From Octopus vulgaris (taxonomy: Eukaryota): a stretch of 62,000 nt of DNA. The DNA lies in contig OX597823.1 in assembly GCA_951406725.2 (NCBI GenBank), positions 26,246,001-26,308,000 on the forward strand. The letters are read 5' to 3'. The translations under genes were made by a program, and so were the position numbers. The notes under the pieces are model-generated. The model searched no databases. It was not told the DNA's origin and saw only the letters and a program-made list of their open reading frames with translations. This document shows positions 58,943 through 62,000 of the stretch, piece by piece (positions within the stretch are counted from its first letter, which is position 1; each line of letters opens with the position of its first letter).

Positions 58943-60539
58943 ATGCGCAGCCACGCCTGCACCTATCTGGGTATAATGACTTATTCCTCTTCTTTTAAGA
59001 GAGTAGCTTGAAATTTGAATGAATTTCTGCTGTTATTTCTAGTAGACAGAGCACCCTTGTTCGTTTGTAAACTCAAACCTAATCATTGTAGTCGAATGAG
59101 AGAATTTATGCTGCAAAGATAACAGCTTCAATCACTCAGTGCAATCTACAAATCCTTTGTTCCAATTATACTGTGCCTCCATTTCATTGAATATTTTGAC
59201 ATGCAGTAGTTCTATAGACCAAACTGATTCAACATCTAATTTATGCTTTCAGTTAAATTTCTCCTTCCATATATTAAATGTTACAACTCAATGAACCACA
59301 GAAGCAATTGTGAAGCGTTACAAACAAACCTTCTTTTAGATTATGATTAAAATTTATTTACAGCCTTTCAACATTTCTTCTCTGATGAAGGACCCTGCTG
59401 GAAACATTAGAATGCTCCTCTCCTCATAACACACACACACACATATATATATATACATGGCAGTATAGCTTCTTCTGATGATAATTTCCCTACAAACTTC
59501 AATGTACAGAGCTTCAACTCCAACCACATCAATTTAATCAGTATAAGAGGAATTGCAAAGGTCAGGGCTGCCATTTCACTTCCTTCAGTTAATAAAGATA
59601 AAAAGGGGTCAGCTTTTTTACAAAAGAAAACTGAGAAGGGATTCAACAATCAGTTGTTATCTGTAAGACAGTGAACTGGTAGAGGTTTCAGAGCATTTGA
59701 TAGAATACCTTGTGGTGTTTGTCCAGCTCTGTAATCTGAATTCAAATCCTGTCAAGATCAACTTTATCTTTTATCCTTTCAAGATCAATAAAAATGTATC
59801 AATCCTTGATAATGAATTGACAATACTGTATGAATATCAGACTGAATGCCTGGTGGTATTTGTTGCACTTCTTTGCATTCTGAGTTCAAATCCCTCCATA
59901 GCCTTCTTAGGTGGTTGGCTTAATCCACCACCTAGTCTAACTCCACCACCTGACACATTTGTCTGCTGTGTTGCATGCATTCAGACGTGGATAATGAATT
60001 GTGTTGGGTATATTTTCTGAAAATAAAACGAGATGGTCATGGCTGGAAAGCTTTGATTACAGACTTGCATGTTCAGAGTTGATCTGAGGCTATACAAGAA
60101 CAATAACTTCATATAAAATAAGGACCCGTAATATAGGTACAAGGCAACCACAAATTTCGGGACTTGCCACATTTGATAATATTGATCGCCAGATCTTAAA
60201 AGCTACATATTTTATTAACTCTGGGGAGATGAAAGGTACAGTCACTTTCATGAGATTTGTTTTCAGAACCTAGAAAGAACATAACTAAATGTCAGAAAGT
60301 ATTTGATCTGGCATTCTACCAATTTTATCAATCTAGCCCCTCTGTTTACCAATTTTCTCATTCTATCACCTTTGCCCACCCCTTCCACTCAACCAATTCT
60401 TCATACTCCACCCACCTTTGTCTACCATTCTACCAATTATATTGTTCTCTATTCTTTGTCTACAACTCTACCAAATCTTTTTCCTTGCTCTACCAGTCTA
60501 CCAATACATGCCTGTCTCTCACTTTTCAAGTCAGATATG

Positions 60540-60660
60540 GGTACAGTGTGGTTCAGAAATTCATATCAGAACTCCATGGTTCTGAGTTCAGTCTCACTGA
60601 ATGCCATCATGAGCAAATGTCTTCTTACACAGCCTGAGATGCTGACATATTTGAACAAAC
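60540..60660 (+). mobile_element. Degenerate SINE-A head
   Basis: GTGTGGTTCAGAAATTC...CATGGTTCTGAGTTCAGTCTCACTG...GAGCAAATGTCTTCT. Confidence 0.5.
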
Positions 60661-61379
60661 TAGATTAATTGAAATAGTGATGGTAAAATAACAAATAGCA
60701 ATAACTGTAATTTGGAAATTTACTCTTTTGTTGCTAAATTTCTAGAGAATAGACTACCTAATGCTTCAATTAACTCTTAATATAATCAGATTTTGGAAGG
60801 CATCTAGTAAACTACATTTAGCTACATCTTTCTCTTTCAATGACCCTTCTTAATTCTGGGCTGTAAGCTCTTCCTCTCTCAGATCTTGTTGGTTTTGATT
60901 TGTCATCAATGCTTCTATAATTTTGTTCTTTTCTAGATAGGAGTCTTGGCCCTGTACAAATCCATACTGACCTCTGGGAAGAAGTAATCCATATTAACCT
61001 GACCATTATTCTTTAATCTATCCAGCATTGGAGGCCCTACCAGGAGATTGCACTCCGCTGGCAGAGCTCCCAGGATCATTGAGGCATACAAGCTACCACA
61101 TCACAGCAAGGACTGGACTTTGTGGTGGATGGAAATAACTTCATATAATATCATACTGATACTGACCGACTTAAATGTCATAACATGATTCACATTACAA
61201 TGAGAGTTTGATCTAGATTTTATAATTTTTACATGAACACATTAATAGAAGCAGTCTAAGATGGGTTGGTATTAAAAGCATTAAGAAGTGAAGAAGTGTT
61301 GTTATTGTTATTTAGCACTAAGTTGGCCCTGATTGAGAAAGCATTCAAGTAATAATCATTTTGTCTTATTTACAGAAAT

Positions 61380-61600
61380 AAAGGTGTCTGATTTAGGCAC
61401 AAGGCCAATAATCTTCAGAGGAGAAGTTAGTGACTATAAAGGACCTTAGTTTATGACTGATACTTTATTTTATTGACTGCAAAGCATGAAAAGCAAAGAT
61501 GAATCCAGCAGGATTTGAACTCAGAACATAAAAAATCTGAAGAATATCAAAAAGCATTTCTTCCAACACTCTTATGACTCTGCCAGCTCATCACCTTATT
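61380..61600 (-). mobile_element. SINE-B copy
   Basis: Plus strand GATTTGAACTCAGAAC...TTATGACTCTGCCAGCTCATCACC. Confidence 0.65.
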
Positions 61601-61629
61601 TTCAGGAATTATTTACACAGGAATGTAAA

Positions 61630-61790
61630 AGCACGTGGCTTAATAGTTAAGTTGTTGGGCTCATGACTATAAAGCTGTGACTTTAATCCCCAGACTGGCC
61701 ACACATTATGTTCTTGGGCAAGGCACTTAATTTCATGTGGCTCCCAGCTGAAAATGAATTCTACTGAGTGCTGCCTAGCAGACTAGCCTC
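61630..61790 (+). mobile_element. SINE-C copy
   Basis: GCACGTGGCTTAATAGTTAAG...TTTAATCCCC...GTTCTTGGGCAAGGCACTTAATTTCATGTGGCTCC. Confidence 0.6.
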
Positions 61791-62000
61791 AAATCTTGCA
61801 AATATAAACTGTCAATGACACAAGATTACAGATGATAAGGTATTTAAGGTGTCATTATCCAAAGTGTCCTTCTTTAAGATAGCAAGGTGTGCTTTGAGGA
61901 AGATTTGTCTGATGTTTCTAGCAGTCAAGTGACCGTGTAGAGGCTCCCTTAATGACTCCTTTAAGAAGTGTGATGCGACAAGATAGTGTGACATGGGTGT

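Noticed and set aside
59382-59420. Penelope-type minimal hammerhead ribozyme (CTGATGA...GAAA, stem III CAT/ATG)
   Set aside because: The cleavage triplet reads GCT rather than GUH, stem I has no partner and stem II is poor; at most a dead relic
60790-61010. Possible Penelope GIY-YIG or RT relic (QYGFVQG; KIIEAL) on the minus strand
   Set aside because: The motifs are short and mutually inconsistent; not supportable without an HMM search
136-61994. Most 60-160-aa ORFs in the track (IYIYIY, HTHTHT, MYVCMYV, poly-I/N/P/G/E)
   Set aside because: They are translations of (TA)n, (CA)n, (TATG)n, (AAT)n, (ACC)n and (TTC)n microsatellites or of SINEs, which lack stops in some frames; no domain content

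Overview
AT-rich, microsatellite- and retroposon-dense animal genomic DNA. The repeat families look like those of an octopus-type cephalopod (inference from recalled repeats, not a database search). One clear protein-coding gene is present: a 690-aa ZNF800-like zinc-finger ORF in a single coding exon (8131-10203, +), with an upstream splice acceptor and a probable long 3'UTR containing a degenerate array of hairpin-forming repeats. The rest is mostly mobile DNA: several SINE families, RTE and CR1-type LINE relics, hAT and piggyBac MITEs with intact target-site duplications (TSDs), and a foldback element. The most striking structure is at about 50.0-56.6 kb. There, eight mutually divergent, same-strand 3' fragments of Dong/R4-clade non-LTR retrotransposons (restriction-like endonuclease, RLE) are stacked head-to-tail and mostly separated by (AAT)n tracts. 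One copy keeps an intact zinc-knuckle plus endonuclease ORF, and another is split by a 257-bp solo LTR with a 5-bp TSD. No rRNA, genuine tRNA or CRISPR array is supported. Most short ORFs in the track are microsatellite artefacts. Repeat boundaries are read by eye and are approximate unless TSDs are quoted.
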